From an uncultured Actinomycetota bacterium (lineage in GTDB: Bacteria; Actinomycetota; Acidimicrobiia; Acidimicrobiales; Palsa-688): a DNA stretch of 64,000 nt. The notes beneath the pieces were generated by a model, which was not told the origin of the DNA, made no database searches, and saw only the letters and a list, made by a program, of their open reading frames with translations. The position numbers and the translations under genes are program-made. Every line of letters starts with the position of its first letter. The stretch's first letter is position 1. The stretch lies in NCBI GenBank assembly GCA_963791545.1, contig CAWBSR010000004.1, forward strand, positions 41,707 through 105,706. Reading direction: 5' to 3'. Positions 45,826 through 54,766 of the stretch are shown here, piece by piece.

Positions 45826-48243
45826 TCAGAGGCCTCGGAGGAACCGGGCCGCGATCGGAGCCGCCACCGCCCCGCCGACGCCCCCGCCCTCGACCACCAC
45901 CGCGAAGGCCACATCGCCACGGAAGCCGATGAACCAGGCGTGGGTCATGGGCGGGATGGCGTTGCCGAACTCGGCGGTCCCGGTCTTGCCGTACACCGTC
46001 CCGCCTCCCGAGATATTGGCCGCGGTGCCGGTGCCGCCCGAGACGACCGACGCCATCATGGTTCGCAGCCCGTTGACCACCTCCGGTGCCAGCGGCACCG
46101 GTTTGGCGGTGTCGTCGGGGGCCCCCACGACCAGGCGGGGGGCGTGAACAACCCCGCTGTCGACTCCCGCCGCCACGGTCGCCATCTGGAGGGGACTGGC
46201 GAGCACCCGCCCCTGGCCGATGGCGCTCGCCACCTTGTCCACATCATCGATCGGCTGCGGGATTTGGCCGCCGAAGACGGGTAACCCCGGTTGTGGAGGC
46301 GTGCCGAACCCGAATTGTTGGGCCGCCGTGATCAGCTGCTTCGAGGTCAGGTTGCTCGCCAAGGTGATAAAGGCGGTGTTGCAGGAAACCGCGAAGGCCC
46401 GCTGCAGGGAAAGGTTCATCGCCGACTCCCCTTCGAAGTTCTTGAAGGTCTTGCCCGAAACCACGATGGTTTTGGGGCACGTGGTCGGGCTGCCAGGAGC
46501 GAGGCCACTGGCCAGCAGGGCCGAGGTGGTCACGACCTTGAACGTGGAGCCGGGCGGATACTGACCGGTCAGGGACCGGTCAAACGGCGTGGTGTCGGGC
46601 CGGCTCACCGCCGCCAGTACCTCGCCGGTCGAAGCCCGGATGGCCACCAGGGCGGCCGGGAGTTTGGTCGCGTTCAGGGCCGCTTCCGCCGCCTGCTCGG
46701 TGTGAAGGTCGATGGTGGTCTGCACCGGTGTCCCGGGCTTGCCCGGGGAGGAGAAAAGGGGCGCACTGCCGACGACCGCTCCGTTGGCGGCGACGACATT
46801 GATGGCGGCGGCGGGTAGGCCCGCCAGTTGGCGCTCGTATTGGGCCTCGATCCCGGTCTGGCCCACCGTGTCCCCACTCCCGTACGGCGAGGCCAACTTG
46901 GTTAGCTCCTCGGACGTGATGGGCCCGACCGAGCCGACCACGTGGGCCGCCAGGTCGGGCGTCGCGATGGTCTGGCCGGTGCGGCGCTGGAAGCGGGTGC
47001 CCGGGACCCGGAAGATGATTGTCCTCACCTGCTGGTAACGGGCGTCGGGGAGGTCGGCCACCGGCACGAACTGGGTCGGGTGAAGGGCCGCCGTCCTGAG
47101 GGCGCTGGCGATGGCGGCGGGGTCGATACCGGCCTGGGTCAGGGCGGTGGTCAGGTCGGTGGGGCTGGCGATGGCGTTGCCCTGGAGGCCGACGGTGACG
47201 ACATCGGAGGGACCGGCGAGGACGGTCCCGCCCGCCCCGAGAACGTTGGATCTGGTGTTCCAGGTGCGCTGGAGGCTGAGGTGGCCCCCGATCGGCAGCG
47301 ACGGGAAGATGGTTGCCGGGGTCCACTCGACCATCCAGTGGCCGAACACCTTGGCCAGGTGGACGGTGCCCGGATAAGTCCAGGTTCCCAATGGGCCCAG
47401 GACCAGGTGGGCGGTGAACGCGGCGTCGGCGGTGCTGCCGTGGGTCCTTACCGAACCCAACTGGTATTGCCAGGTCGAAATGCCCAGGTCGTCGACGACC
47501 CGTTGGTGGTTGGCCACGAAGTCGGGCGGGGGGTGCTCGACCATGCCCGCCATCGTCGTGAACTCACGATGAGTCCAGGCGGTGAGGTAGGACGAGGCGA
47601 CGGGTGCCGGCGACACCGGGCTCGGGCGGAGCAGGGTGATGGCGACGAGGGCGGCGCCGACCAGGGCAACGACGACGATGATCGCCAGCACCAGCGTCGA
47701 TCTGGGGAGGGGGATCCGGCCTCCCGGGGCGGAGTGACTCCCGGCGCCGCGGTTGAACCGAGGCGGGCGAGGGCCGGGATCGGAGCCAGTAGTGGGCGCG
47801 GCGGCAGTGGTGGGAGCGGCGGGGCCGGCGGCAGTCGGGGGCGCCGAGGCTCGGGAGGCGGCGAAAGGGCGGCGCAGTGAACGGCGCCAGGAGGGCCCAT
47901 CCCGCGGCGGAGCACCGCTCGCAACGGCGGGATCCCGTAGGAGTCCCCGGGGAGCGGGCCCATCGCCAGCCGGCGGCGACGGCGCCGCCCCGCCGGGCGG
48001 GGCACCGGGGCCTCGGCGTGACGGGCGGGGGCCGGCGGCGCCGGCGGGTCCGGGACCGGCTTTGGGGTCGGAGGCGGAGGCGGGAGCGCTCCCGGGTGGC
48101 GGATGCCCGGGTGAGGTCGGATCGGCGGGAGCGCGACGCCGCGGTTGACCACCCGAGGGCCCGAGCGGCGGATACCCCGGCGCGGGCCGGGCAAGCCGGC
48201 GGGTCGACGAGGGATCAGACAGCGGCGGGCCGGGGGGCGGCAC
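45826..48243 (-). CDS. Class B penicillin-binding protein with long Pro-rich cytoplasmic N-terminus and NTF2-like (MecA_N-type) domain
   Basis: The TM is LVLAIIVVVALVGAALVAITLL. Catalytic motifs are PPGSTFKVVTTSAL (SxxK), SCNTAF (SxN) and GKTGTAEF (KTG). The start codon is uncertain. Confidence 0.8.
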   Translation of the reverse strand: MPPPGPPLSDPSSTRRLARPAPGYPPLGPSGGQPRRRAPADPTSPGHPPPGSAPASASDPKAGPGPAGAAGPRPSRRGPGAPPGGAAPSPPAGDGPAPRGLLRDPAVASGAPPRDGPSWRRSLRRPFAASRASAPPTAAGPAAPTTAAAPTTGSDPGPRPPRFNRGAGSHSAPGGRIPLPRSTLVLAIIVVVALVGAALVAITLLRPSPVSPAPVASSYLTAWTHREFTTMAGMVEHPPPDFVANHQRVVDDLGISTWQYQLGSVRTHGSTADAAFTAHLVLGPLGTWTYPGTVHLAKVFGHWMVEWTPATIFPSLPIGGHLSLQRTWNTRSNVLGAGGTVLAGPSDVVTVGLQGNAIASPTDLTTALTQAGIDPAAIASALRTAALHPTQFVPVADLPDARYQQVRTIIFRVPGTRFQRRTGQTIATPDLAAHVVGSVGPITSEELTKLASPYGSGDTVGQTGIEAQYERQLAGLPAAAINVVAANGAVVGSAPLFSSPGKPGTPVQTTIDLHTEQAAEAALNATKLPAALVAIRASTGEVLAAVSRPDTTPFDRSLTGQYPPGSTFKVVTTSALLASGLAPGSPTTCPKTIVVSGKTFKNFEGESAMNLSLQRAFAVSCNTAFITLASNLTSKQLITAAQQFGFGTPPQPGLPVFGGQIPQPIDDVDKVASAIGQGRVLASPLQMATVAAGVDSGVVHAPRLVVGAPDDTAKPVPLAPEVVNGLRTMMASVVSGGTGTAANISGGGTVYGKTGTAEFGNAIPPMTHAWFIGFRGDVAFAVVVEGGGVGGAVAAPIAARFLRGL

Positions 48244-48345
48244 CCGGCGGGTGGCCCTCGGATCGTCAGGCGCTGGACCCGGGGGCGGCCCCCGGCGATT
48301 GATCGTCCTGGCCGCCGTCGTCGGCCATGCCGGTCCCGGGCCCCT

Positions 48346-49479
48346 TTAGCCCTGGCTGGCCCGCATCGAACCGGGGCGGGGCTGGCCCGTACCCCGGGGA
48401 GGGGGACCGAGGCCGGAGAACCCGTGAGGTCCTCGTCCCCGGTGCCCGTCAGCCGGCTCCGCTCGGTAGCTGTCGCCTTCGAACACCGCCGCCCGCACCC
48501 CACGGCGAGCCAATTCCTGCAGGAAGGGGACGGGCTCGTCAATCAATTCCGCCAGGCCGCCGGCGCCGAGCCGGGACAGCCGCCCGTCGGTCGTCCACGC
48601 GGCAGCAACCGACGCCACCGTCCCCGCCGCCACCGCGGGCCGGTCCAAGGCGCCGTACACCTCGACGCCATGGCCCACGCCCCGCCGGCCCCGGACCTCG
48701 ACGCGTACCGCCCCCAACATCCCCTCGGGATGCGGCTTGCGCAACATCGGCAGCCACGCCGTCAAGCGGTCCCGGCGGGTGGCGCCCATGCGGGCGGTCA
48801 CCCGGGTGACACCTGGAAAGGCGGGAACCAGGAGCAACGCGTCGGGCCGGGCCGCCCGGTAGCAATCGGCTCCACCGACGGGGTCGGGAAACCAGCACAA
48901 CTCCCGACCCGACCCGCCCCGGCGCCGCCGCCACGCTCCGTCGCGCCAGTCGACGGCCGTCTCCGACAGCGCCGCGTGGTGCCTCCGGGCGCAGGCGGGA
49001 CCACCGGTCCCGATGCTGGCCACGTGCACCTCCTCGACCGTGTCGAAGGCGCTGGCGGCATGGCGAGCCAGGAGACAACTCAAGCCTGGGGCGAAGGCGG
49101 CCCCGATGACGATCGACACGCCCCGCTCCCGCGCTTCGGCGTCGAGGGCCAGCAGGCCCCGCACCTCCTCCACCTCGTCGCTGACCGACACCACGTGGAC
49201 GCTCCGCTCGAGGGCGACCTCGGCAGTGGGCCGGTGGCCTTTCGGCATCGTCAGCACGATGACGTCGGCGTCCGCCAGCGCCTCGGGAGGCGGCGGGCCG
49301 GCGCCGCGGCCCCACACGATGGACTCGACCCGGGAGGGACTATTGAGGGCGTCGGTGATTTCGGCCAGCTTGGCCCGGTCGTGATGGACCAGGGTCAGCC
49401 GGTCGAGGCCGTCGGTCGCAACCAATTGCCGGGCCGCCCGAATGCCGACCGCTCCCATGCCGAGCAGGACTGCACGCAT
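48346..49479 (-). CDS. Saccharopine dehydrogenase-like NAD(P)-binding protein
   Basis: MRAVLLGMGAVGIRAARQL (Rossmann GxGxxG) and IVIGAAFAPGLSCLLARH. The last ~40 codons look low-complexity. Confidence 0.6.
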   Translation of the reverse strand: MRAVLLGMGAVGIRAARQLVATDGLDRLTLVHHDRAKLAEITDALNSPSRVESIVWGRGAGPPPPEALADADVIVLTMPKGHRPTAEVALERSVHVVSVSDEVEEVRGLLALDAEARERGVSIVIGAAFAPGLSCLLARHAASAFDTVEEVHVASIGTGGPACARRHHAALSETAVDWRDGAWRRRRGGSGRELCWFPDPVGGADCYRAARPDALLLVPAFPGVTRVTARMGATRRDRLTAWLPMLRKPHPEGMLGAVRVEVRGRRGVGHGVEVYGALDRPAVAAGTVASVAAAWTTDGRLSRLGAGGLAELIDEPVPFLQELARRGVRAAVFEGDSYRAEPADGHRGRGPHGFSGLGPPPRGTGQPRPGSMRASQG

Positions 49480-49482
49480 GAC

Positions 49483-49665
49483 TTAGCGCAGGTCCGGGCC
49501 CGACAACTCCCGCCAGCCACCGGTTTGCGGCGGGGTGCCCCCGCTGCCGCGCAGCCGCACGATCACTGCGATCAGCGCAGTGGCAACCAGAGCTACCGTC
49601 GCCCGTCGAAAAGCTCGCACGAGGGACCGGCCGGAGTCGAACCGACCTTCAGCATTGCTGACCAC
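49483..49665 (-). CDS. Possible 60-aa single-TM protein, hypothetical
   Basis: RRATVALVATALIAVIVRLR is hydrophobic. The stop lies 3 nt upstream of the next gene's ATG. There is no family evidence. Confidence 0.3.
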   Translation of the reverse strand: MVSNAEGRFDSGRSLVRAFRRATVALVATALIAVIVRLRGSGGTPPQTGGWRELSGPDLR

Positions 49666-49768
49666 CTGGATGGCCCCGAGACGCCGATACTACCGGCTGA
49701 ACCCTCACTTCCCTCGGTTGCGCCGCGGATCCGCCGGTGCCGGGAGGGCGATCACTAGGGTCCCGGAG

Positions 49769-50752
49769 GTGACCACCATCGCAGCGGTGAGCGAGCCGAT
49801 ACCGAGCCTCCTGCGGGGGACGAAGACATCACGTTTTGGCGTCGGGCGGCGAGAGAACCACGACTCGTCGGCTTTTTACGATCAGTTCGCGGATCCGATC
49901 ATCTGCAACGACGACGAAATCGGCGCCGCCCCGACGAGGGACAGATTGTTCGTGGGCGATGCCCGGGATATGTCGGCGGTGGCATCGAAATCGGTGGCCC
50001 TGGTCGTCACCTCGCCTCCCTATTTCGCGGGAAAGGACTACGAAGCGGCACTGGGGACCGGCCATATCCCGGCTTCCTATGTCGACTACCTGAAAATGCT
50101 GGGCGAGGTGTTCGCGGAGTGCGTCCGGTGCCTGGAGCCCGGCGGTCGCATCGCGGTCAACGTGGCGAACTTGGGCCGCAAGCCCTACCGGTCCCTTGCC
50201 GGGGACGTGACACGGATCTTGCAGGACCATCTGGGCCTGCTGCTGCGGGGCGAGCTGGTGTGGATCAAAGGAGCCGGCGCCAACGGCAGTTGCGCCTGGG
50301 GCTCCTACGCCTCGGCCGCCAACCCGGTGCTGCGGGACGTGACCGAACGAGTGGTGATCGCCAGCAAGGGACGCTTCGACCGGGCCGTCACTCGCCAGAC
50401 GCGCCGGGAGCGGGGCCTCCCCTGGGAGAACTCCATCACACCGGAACAGTTCCGGACCTGGACCCTTGATACGTGGCGGATCGCCCCCGAGCGAGCCCGG
50501 CGGGTCGGGCATCCGGCGCCGTTCCCCGTCGAGTTGCCCCGGCGGCTCATGGAACTGTTCACCTACGTCGACGACCTGGTCGTCGATCCCTTCGTGGGGT
50601 CGGGGCAAACGGCGATCGCCTGCCTCCAGTCCCAACGCCATTACATCGGCTACGACACCGACGCCGACTACATCGCCCTGGCCGAGCGTCGCATTGCCAC
50701 AGAAAGGCAACGCCGGGCCGGCCAACCCCAGCTGCCCGAGGTGGCGGACTGA
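49769..50752 (+). CDS. Beta-class N4/N6 DNA methyltransferase with SPPY motif IV (N4-cytosine type suggested); no adjacent restriction gene
   Basis: LVVTSPPYFAGKDY (motif IV) precedes VVDPFVGSGQTAIA (motif I). HPAPFPVELPRRLMELFT is also present. The start (GTG 49769) is uncertain within ORF 49535..50752. Confidence 0.8.
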   Translation: MTTIAAVSEPIPSLLRGTKTSRFGVGRRENHDSSAFYDQFADPIICNDDEIGAAPTRDRLFVGDARDMSAVASKSVALVVTSPPYFAGKDYEAALGTGHIPASYVDYLKMLGEVFAECVRCLEPGGRIAVNVANLGRKPYRSLAGDVTRILQDHLGLLLRGELVWIKGAGANGSCAWGSYASAANPVLRDVTERVVIASKGRFDRAVTRQTRRERGLPWENSITPEQFRTWTLDTWRIAPERARRVGHPAPFPVELPRRLMELFTYVDDLVVDPFVGSGQTAIACLQSQRHYIGYDTDADYIALAERRIATERQRRAGQPQLPEVAD

Positions 50753-50794
50753 CGACTCAAGGGGTCCTCGCGGTGATGCTCCGCTGACCCCATC

Positions 50795-51952
50795 GTGTGT
50801 CCCGCGAAGGATGTCCATGACCAGCTGGCTGCCTATTGTGGATGGGTGAACCTGGACGAGGCACTCGAGCGACTGCCGAAGGTCGAGCTCCACTGCCACG
50901 TCGAAGGCACCATGCGGCCGGCGACGGTGCTCGAGTTGGCGGCTCGCAACGGCGTCCCATTGCCGACCAACGACCTGGACAGGCTGTACCGGTATCGATC
51001 GCTCGATGAATTCCTGGCCGTCTTCTGGTTGGTTCAGGCGTGCCTGCGGACCCGGGACGATTGGGCCCGGCTGGCCTACGAGAGCGTGATCGACGGGGCC
51101 GCCCACGGCCGGGTGTACGCCGAGACGTTCTTCACCCCGGCCCGCCATCTGGCCGCCGGGCAGCGGCTCGGCGACATCGTGGCGGGGCTGGCGGCGGGGA
51201 TCGACGCGGCCGAGGCAGAGACGGGTGCCCGCTGCTACCTGATCGCGGATATGGACCGCGCCTTCGGTCCCGAGGCGGGCCGGGAACTGGTGTCCGGCGT
51301 CGTCGAGTTGCGCCGGGCCGGGACAGCCGGCGCCGAGCGCATCCTCGGAATCGGGATGGACTCCACCGAGATCGGGGTCGACCCTCGCTCTTTCGCCCCC
51401 GCCTACCGCGCCGCCCAGGCGGTGGGACTGCGCTTGACGGCCCATCAGGGCGAGGACACCGGGCCCGGGAAGATCGCGGCCTGTGTCGATGTGCTGGGGG
51501 CGGAACGTATCGACCACGGCCTGTCCCTGATGAACGATCCCGACCTGGTGCGCCGTTTCGCGGCGGAGCGGATCCCCCTCACGGTGTGCCCGACGTCCAA
51601 CATGGTCATCGCCAATCGGGTCAGAACGCTTTCGGAACACCCGTTTGCCGCCATGCGCTCCGCGGGCCTGCTGGCCACATTGAATACTGACGATCCGGCG
51701 ATGACCGACCTCGACCTGGGCCAGGAGTACCGGGCGGTGGCCGCCGCCTACGGGTGGGGATTCGACGAGATGGTCGCGGTCGCCCACGACGGCATCGACG
51801 CCACCTGGATGAGCGATGACAGCAAGTCCCGTCTCCACCAGGAGACCGACGAGCAAGCGGCCGCCTTACGCAAGGAGTTGTCCCCGTCGCCGCTTCGCGG
51901 CCGCAGGCCAGATTCTCCCCTCCCAGGCCAGCCCCCGGAGTCCTCGGTCTGA
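50795..51952 (+). CDS. add: Adenosine deaminase
   Basis: LPKVELHCHVEGTMRP, LTAHQGE, IDHG and ATLNTDDPAM. The start codon is uncertain (alternative GTG near 50846). Confidence 0.85.
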   Translation: MCPAKDVHDQLAAYCGWVNLDEALERLPKVELHCHVEGTMRPATVLELAARNGVPLPTNDLDRLYRYRSLDEFLAVFWLVQACLRTRDDWARLAYESVIDGAAHGRVYAETFFTPARHLAAGQRLGDIVAGLAAGIDAAEAETGARCYLIADMDRAFGPEAGRELVSGVVELRRAGTAGAERILGIGMDSTEIGVDPRSFAPAYRAAQAVGLRLTAHQGEDTGPGKIAACVDVLGAERIDHGLSLMNDPDLVRRFAAERIPLTVCPTSNMVIANRVRTLSEHPFAAMRSAGLLATLNTDDPAMTDLDLGQEYRAVAAAYGWGFDEMVAVAHDGIDATWMSDDSKSRLHQETDEQAAALRKELSPSPLRGRRPDSPLPGQPPESSV

Positions 51953-51954
51953 GG

Positions 51955-54300
51955 TCAGCCGAGGCGCTCGGTCAAGACCTTGTTGACGACCTGGGGATTG
52001 GCCTTGCCCTTTGACGCCCGAATCGCCTGGCCGACGAAGAACCCCAGCAGCGCGGTCTTGCCATCCCGATACATACCGACCTTGTCGGGGTTGGCCGCCA
52101 GCACCTGATCGACGATCGCCGCGATTGCCTCTTCGTCGCTCACCTGCGCCAGGCCCCGGGCCGCGATGATCTCCTCGGGCTCGCCGCCGCACCGGAGCAA
52201 TTCCGAGAAAACCTCCTTGGCTGCGGCCCCACTGACCGTCCCCCCCTCAGCCGCCAGGATGAGGCGACCGAAGGCGCCGCCTGTCATCGGCACCCCGGCC
52301 AGATCCCGGTCATCGAGCTCATGCGGCAGCTCATTGATGATCCAGCGGGCCACCGCCTTCGCCGGCGCGCCGGCTGCTGCCGCCCCGACAAAGAGTTCTC
52401 CTGTGGCGCGGTCACCGGTCAACAACTCGGCGTCGTCCGTCGAGATCCCGTATTCGCCCGGCCATCGGGCCAGGCGCTCGGCCAGCACCGGATCCCGCAC
52501 CCGAGCCTCGGCCCGATACTCGAGACGGCTCTTCCGGGGCGGCCGGGTGGTGGCCTTGGCCGCCCGAGTTCGGGTCTCGTCCGCGGGCACCGGCGTCGGC
52601 GCCTCCTTGGGGCCGCCCTGCCACGAGGCGCCCAGGGAGACGATCCGGTTGAGTACCGGTGCGAGCGGGCCTGAGGATTCGCCGTCGAAAATGAAATAGC
52701 CGACCCGCTCCAGCTGCCACCGGCTGCCGGGCTCGGCGCCAGCCAGGCTGGCCTCGAGCATGGCGCCCTTGACGACCCGTAGGGAGTCGGCGTTGAGGGC
52801 GTCCTTGATGTCCCCGTCGGTGTCCTCGGGGCGGGCGGCGCTGAACAACCGATCGTAGAGCCGCACTTCGGCGGGCATCGCCTGCGCCGCCGACACCCAG
52901 TGAATGACGCCCCACACCTTGACGTCGGCCGGCGCCTGGCCGACCGTGCCGGGGATGTGATGGGCCCGCACCTCGACGACCTCACCGCCCACCACGCTCA
53001 CCTCGTCACAGGTGATGCAGTAGCCGTGGCGCAGCCGCACTGTCCGCCCCGGGGCCAGCCGCTGGTAGCCGGCCGGCGGTTCGAGGGCGAAGTCCTCGCG
53101 GTCGATCAGGATCTCGCGCCCGAACGGCACCAGCCGCTCGCCCCCCTTGGCCACGTCGGGGGGAAAATAGGGCCCGCTGAGTTGCTCCACCTCATCCCCG
53201 GGCCATGACGTGATCGTCACCGGGAGTGGGTCCAGCACCCCCATGACCCGCGGCGCCACCCAGTTGAGATCGTCGCGAACGCAGAACTCCAGCTTCGCCA
53301 GATCCACCGTCGAGTTGACCTTGGCCACGCCGATGAGGTCCGCGAAGGCGCGAATCGCTTCCGGGCGGTAGCCGCGGCGGCGCATGCCGGCGATCGTCGG
53401 CATTCTCGGATCGTCCCAGCCCGACACCAGGCCCTGGTCGACCAGCAACCGCAGCTTGCGCTTGCTCATCACCGTGTAATCGAGGTTGAGGCGGGCGAAT
53501 TCGATCTGCCTCGGCGGGCGGAACCCGTGGCGCTCGGCAACCCCCGTGTGGGCGACCACCCAGTCATACAGGTCACGGTTGCTCTCGAACTCCAGGGTGC
53601 AGATCGAATGGGTGATCCCCTCGATGGCGTCGGAGATCGGGTGGGCCCAGTCGTACATCGGATAGATGGGCCAGGCGTCGCCGGTTCGATGGTGGTGGGC
53701 GTGGCGGATCCGATAGAGCAACGGATCGCGCATCTTCATGTTGGGGGCGCCGAGATCGATTCGGGCCCGAAGGACACAGGCGCCGTCGGGCAGGTCGCCG
53801 GCCCGCATCTGCCGGAACCGGGCCAGGTTCTCCTCCACGCCACGATCTCGGGACGGCGACGGCTGACCCGGGGTGGAAATGGTGCCCCGGTATTCCTTGA
53901 TCTGCTCGTCGCTCGACTCGTCGACATACGCCTCGCCCGCCCGGATCAGGTGTTCCGCGAGTTCGTACATCTCCTCGAAGTAGTCCGAGGCGTACTTCGC
54001 CCTATCCCCGAAGGAGAATCCCAGCCAGGCAATATCCCGCTCTATCGCGTCGACATATTCGACGTCTTCCTGGGTCGGGTTGGTGTCGTCGAATCGAAGG
54101 TTCGTCACCGACCCGTACTGGTCGGCGATACCGAAGTTCAAGCAGATCGACTTGGCATGTCCGATATGCAGATAGCCGTTCGGCTCGGGCGGGAAACGGG
54201 TGACCACCCGACCGCGGTGGGTGCCGGCTCGCAGGTCGTCGTCGATGATGTCACGGATGAAGTCGGAGCGCACGGGCGCCGCACGGTCGTCGCTGGTCAC
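51955..54300 (-). CDS. glnS: Glutaminyl-tRNA synthetase fused to a C-terminal GatB/YqeY-like domain
   Basis: RFPPEPNGYLHIGHAKS (HIGH), NLRFDDTNP and TVMSKRKL (KMSKS). The C-terminal ~150 aa read ...IINELPHEL...GTVSGAAAKEVFSELL...IIAARGLAQVSDEEAIAAIVDQVLAANPDKV...LLGFFVGQAIRASKGKANPQVVNKVL. Confidence 0.9.
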   Translation of the reverse strand: MTSDDRAAPVRSDFIRDIIDDDLRAGTHRGRVVTRFPPEPNGYLHIGHAKSICLNFGIADQYGSVTNLRFDDTNPTQEDVEYVDAIERDIAWLGFSFGDRAKYASDYFEEMYELAEHLIRAGEAYVDESSDEQIKEYRGTISTPGQPSPSRDRGVEENLARFRQMRAGDLPDGACVLRARIDLGAPNMKMRDPLLYRIRHAHHHRTGDAWPIYPMYDWAHPISDAIEGITHSICTLEFESNRDLYDWVVAHTGVAERHGFRPPRQIEFARLNLDYTVMSKRKLRLLVDQGLVSGWDDPRMPTIAGMRRRGYRPEAIRAFADLIGVAKVNSTVDLAKLEFCVRDDLNWVAPRVMGVLDPLPVTITSWPGDEVEQLSGPYFPPDVAKGGERLVPFGREILIDREDFALEPPAGYQRLAPGRTVRLRHGYCITCDEVSVVGGEVVEVRAHHIPGTVGQAPADVKVWGVIHWVSAAQAMPAEVRLYDRLFSAARPEDTDGDIKDALNADSLRVVKGAMLEASLAGAEPGSRWQLERVGYFIFDGESSGPLAPVLNRIVSLGASWQGGPKEAPTPVPADETRTRAAKATTRPPRKSRLEYRAEARVRDPVLAERLARWPGEYGISTDDAELLTGDRATGELFVGAAAAGAPAKAVARWIINELPHELDDRDLAGVPMTGGAFGRLILAAEGGTVSGAAAKEVFSELLRCGGEPEEIIAARGLAQVSDEEAIAAIVDQVLAANPDKVGMYRDGKTALLGFFVGQAIRASKGKANPQVVNKVLTERLG

Positions 54301-54478
54301 GGACCCGCCACTGTACCCAGGGCCGCCACCGTGGAGGCTGTGGCGACCGCGCGCTCATTGCGGCACCGCTTCCGGCACCGCCGGCTTATCGTGGCGGCCC
54401 GGCCGGCCCGGTAGGCGGCCGCCGGGGACACGGGGTGGCGAGGCGTGGTGGCGAGGCGGGGTCGCCGGCCGGCTGCGC

Positions 54479-54766
54479 TCAAGCGCGGTCGAGCTCGGAG
54501 CCGAGGATGACGCCCGCATCGCTGGCATGGGCCCGAAACGGGTGGACCACGCCACTGGCGGTCGTCAGCGTGCCGATGATGTCATTGCCGTCGATGTCGT
54601 CCGACCGGACGACGACGCCCTCACCAACTCGTTCCCGGAGGTGGGCGACCAGGTTGGCGAAGACGTCACCTCACAGGCTTCATCAGAAATGAAACCAGAC
54701 ACCGTCGATTTCCAAGTTGTAATCGCCCCACGTCGAACCGCACAGCTCACACCCGTCACCGCTCAT
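54479..54766 (-). other. 95-codon reading frame for a TRASH/zinc-ribbon-like small protein containing three in-frame TGA codons (codons 28, 29, 32); either a 27-aa ORF plus orphan coding remnant, a pseudogene, or a recoded (Sec?) gene
   Basis: ATG 54766 has GGAGGA 6 nt upstream. The frame reads MSGDGCELCGSTWGDYNLEIDGVWFHF TGA TGA S L TGA GDVFANLVAHLRERVGEG...GSELDRA, with the terminal TGA at 54479-54481, all in one frame. Confidence 0.6.

Noticed and set aside
49635-49700. tRNA-like T-arm motif (GGTCGGTTCGACTCCGGC) on the minus strand near the methyltransferase
   Set aside because: I could not build an acceptor stem, D-arm or 7-nt anticodon loop. The motif also reads in frame as GRFDSG within a possible small ORF. 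A single T-loop-like 11-mer is expected by chance at appreciable frequency in 128 kb of two-strand sequence.
49829-51856. A 675-aa minus-strand ORF, and similar long antisense ORFs (17102-18691, 37282-38859, 40084-41544, 34489-35784, 24152-25189)
   Set aside because: Each is antisense to a gene with clear family motifs (methyltransferase/adenosine deaminase, pbpA, RND1, RND2, flotillin, MscS). Each has Arg/Gly/Pro/His-rich off-frame composition.
54592-54617. Hairpin CGTC-GTCGTCC-GGTC-GGACGAC-(auc)-GACG with a GGUC tetraloop as a candidate SECIS element for the TGA cluster
   Set aside because: It starts ~57 nt downstream of the last TGA. That is well outside the roughly 10-40 nt spacing I recall for bacterial SECIS elements, and I saw no convincing hairpin immediately after the TGAs. 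It therefore does not by itself support selenocysteine insertion.
54671-54685. Global reassignment of TGA (for example to Trp or Gly) in this organism
   Set aside because: Many well-supported genes in the window terminate with TGA, including overlapping ATGA/GTGA junctions (fhaB/pstP, rodA/pbpA, regulator/kinase, MBOAT/SGNH). TGA is therefore a normal stop here.
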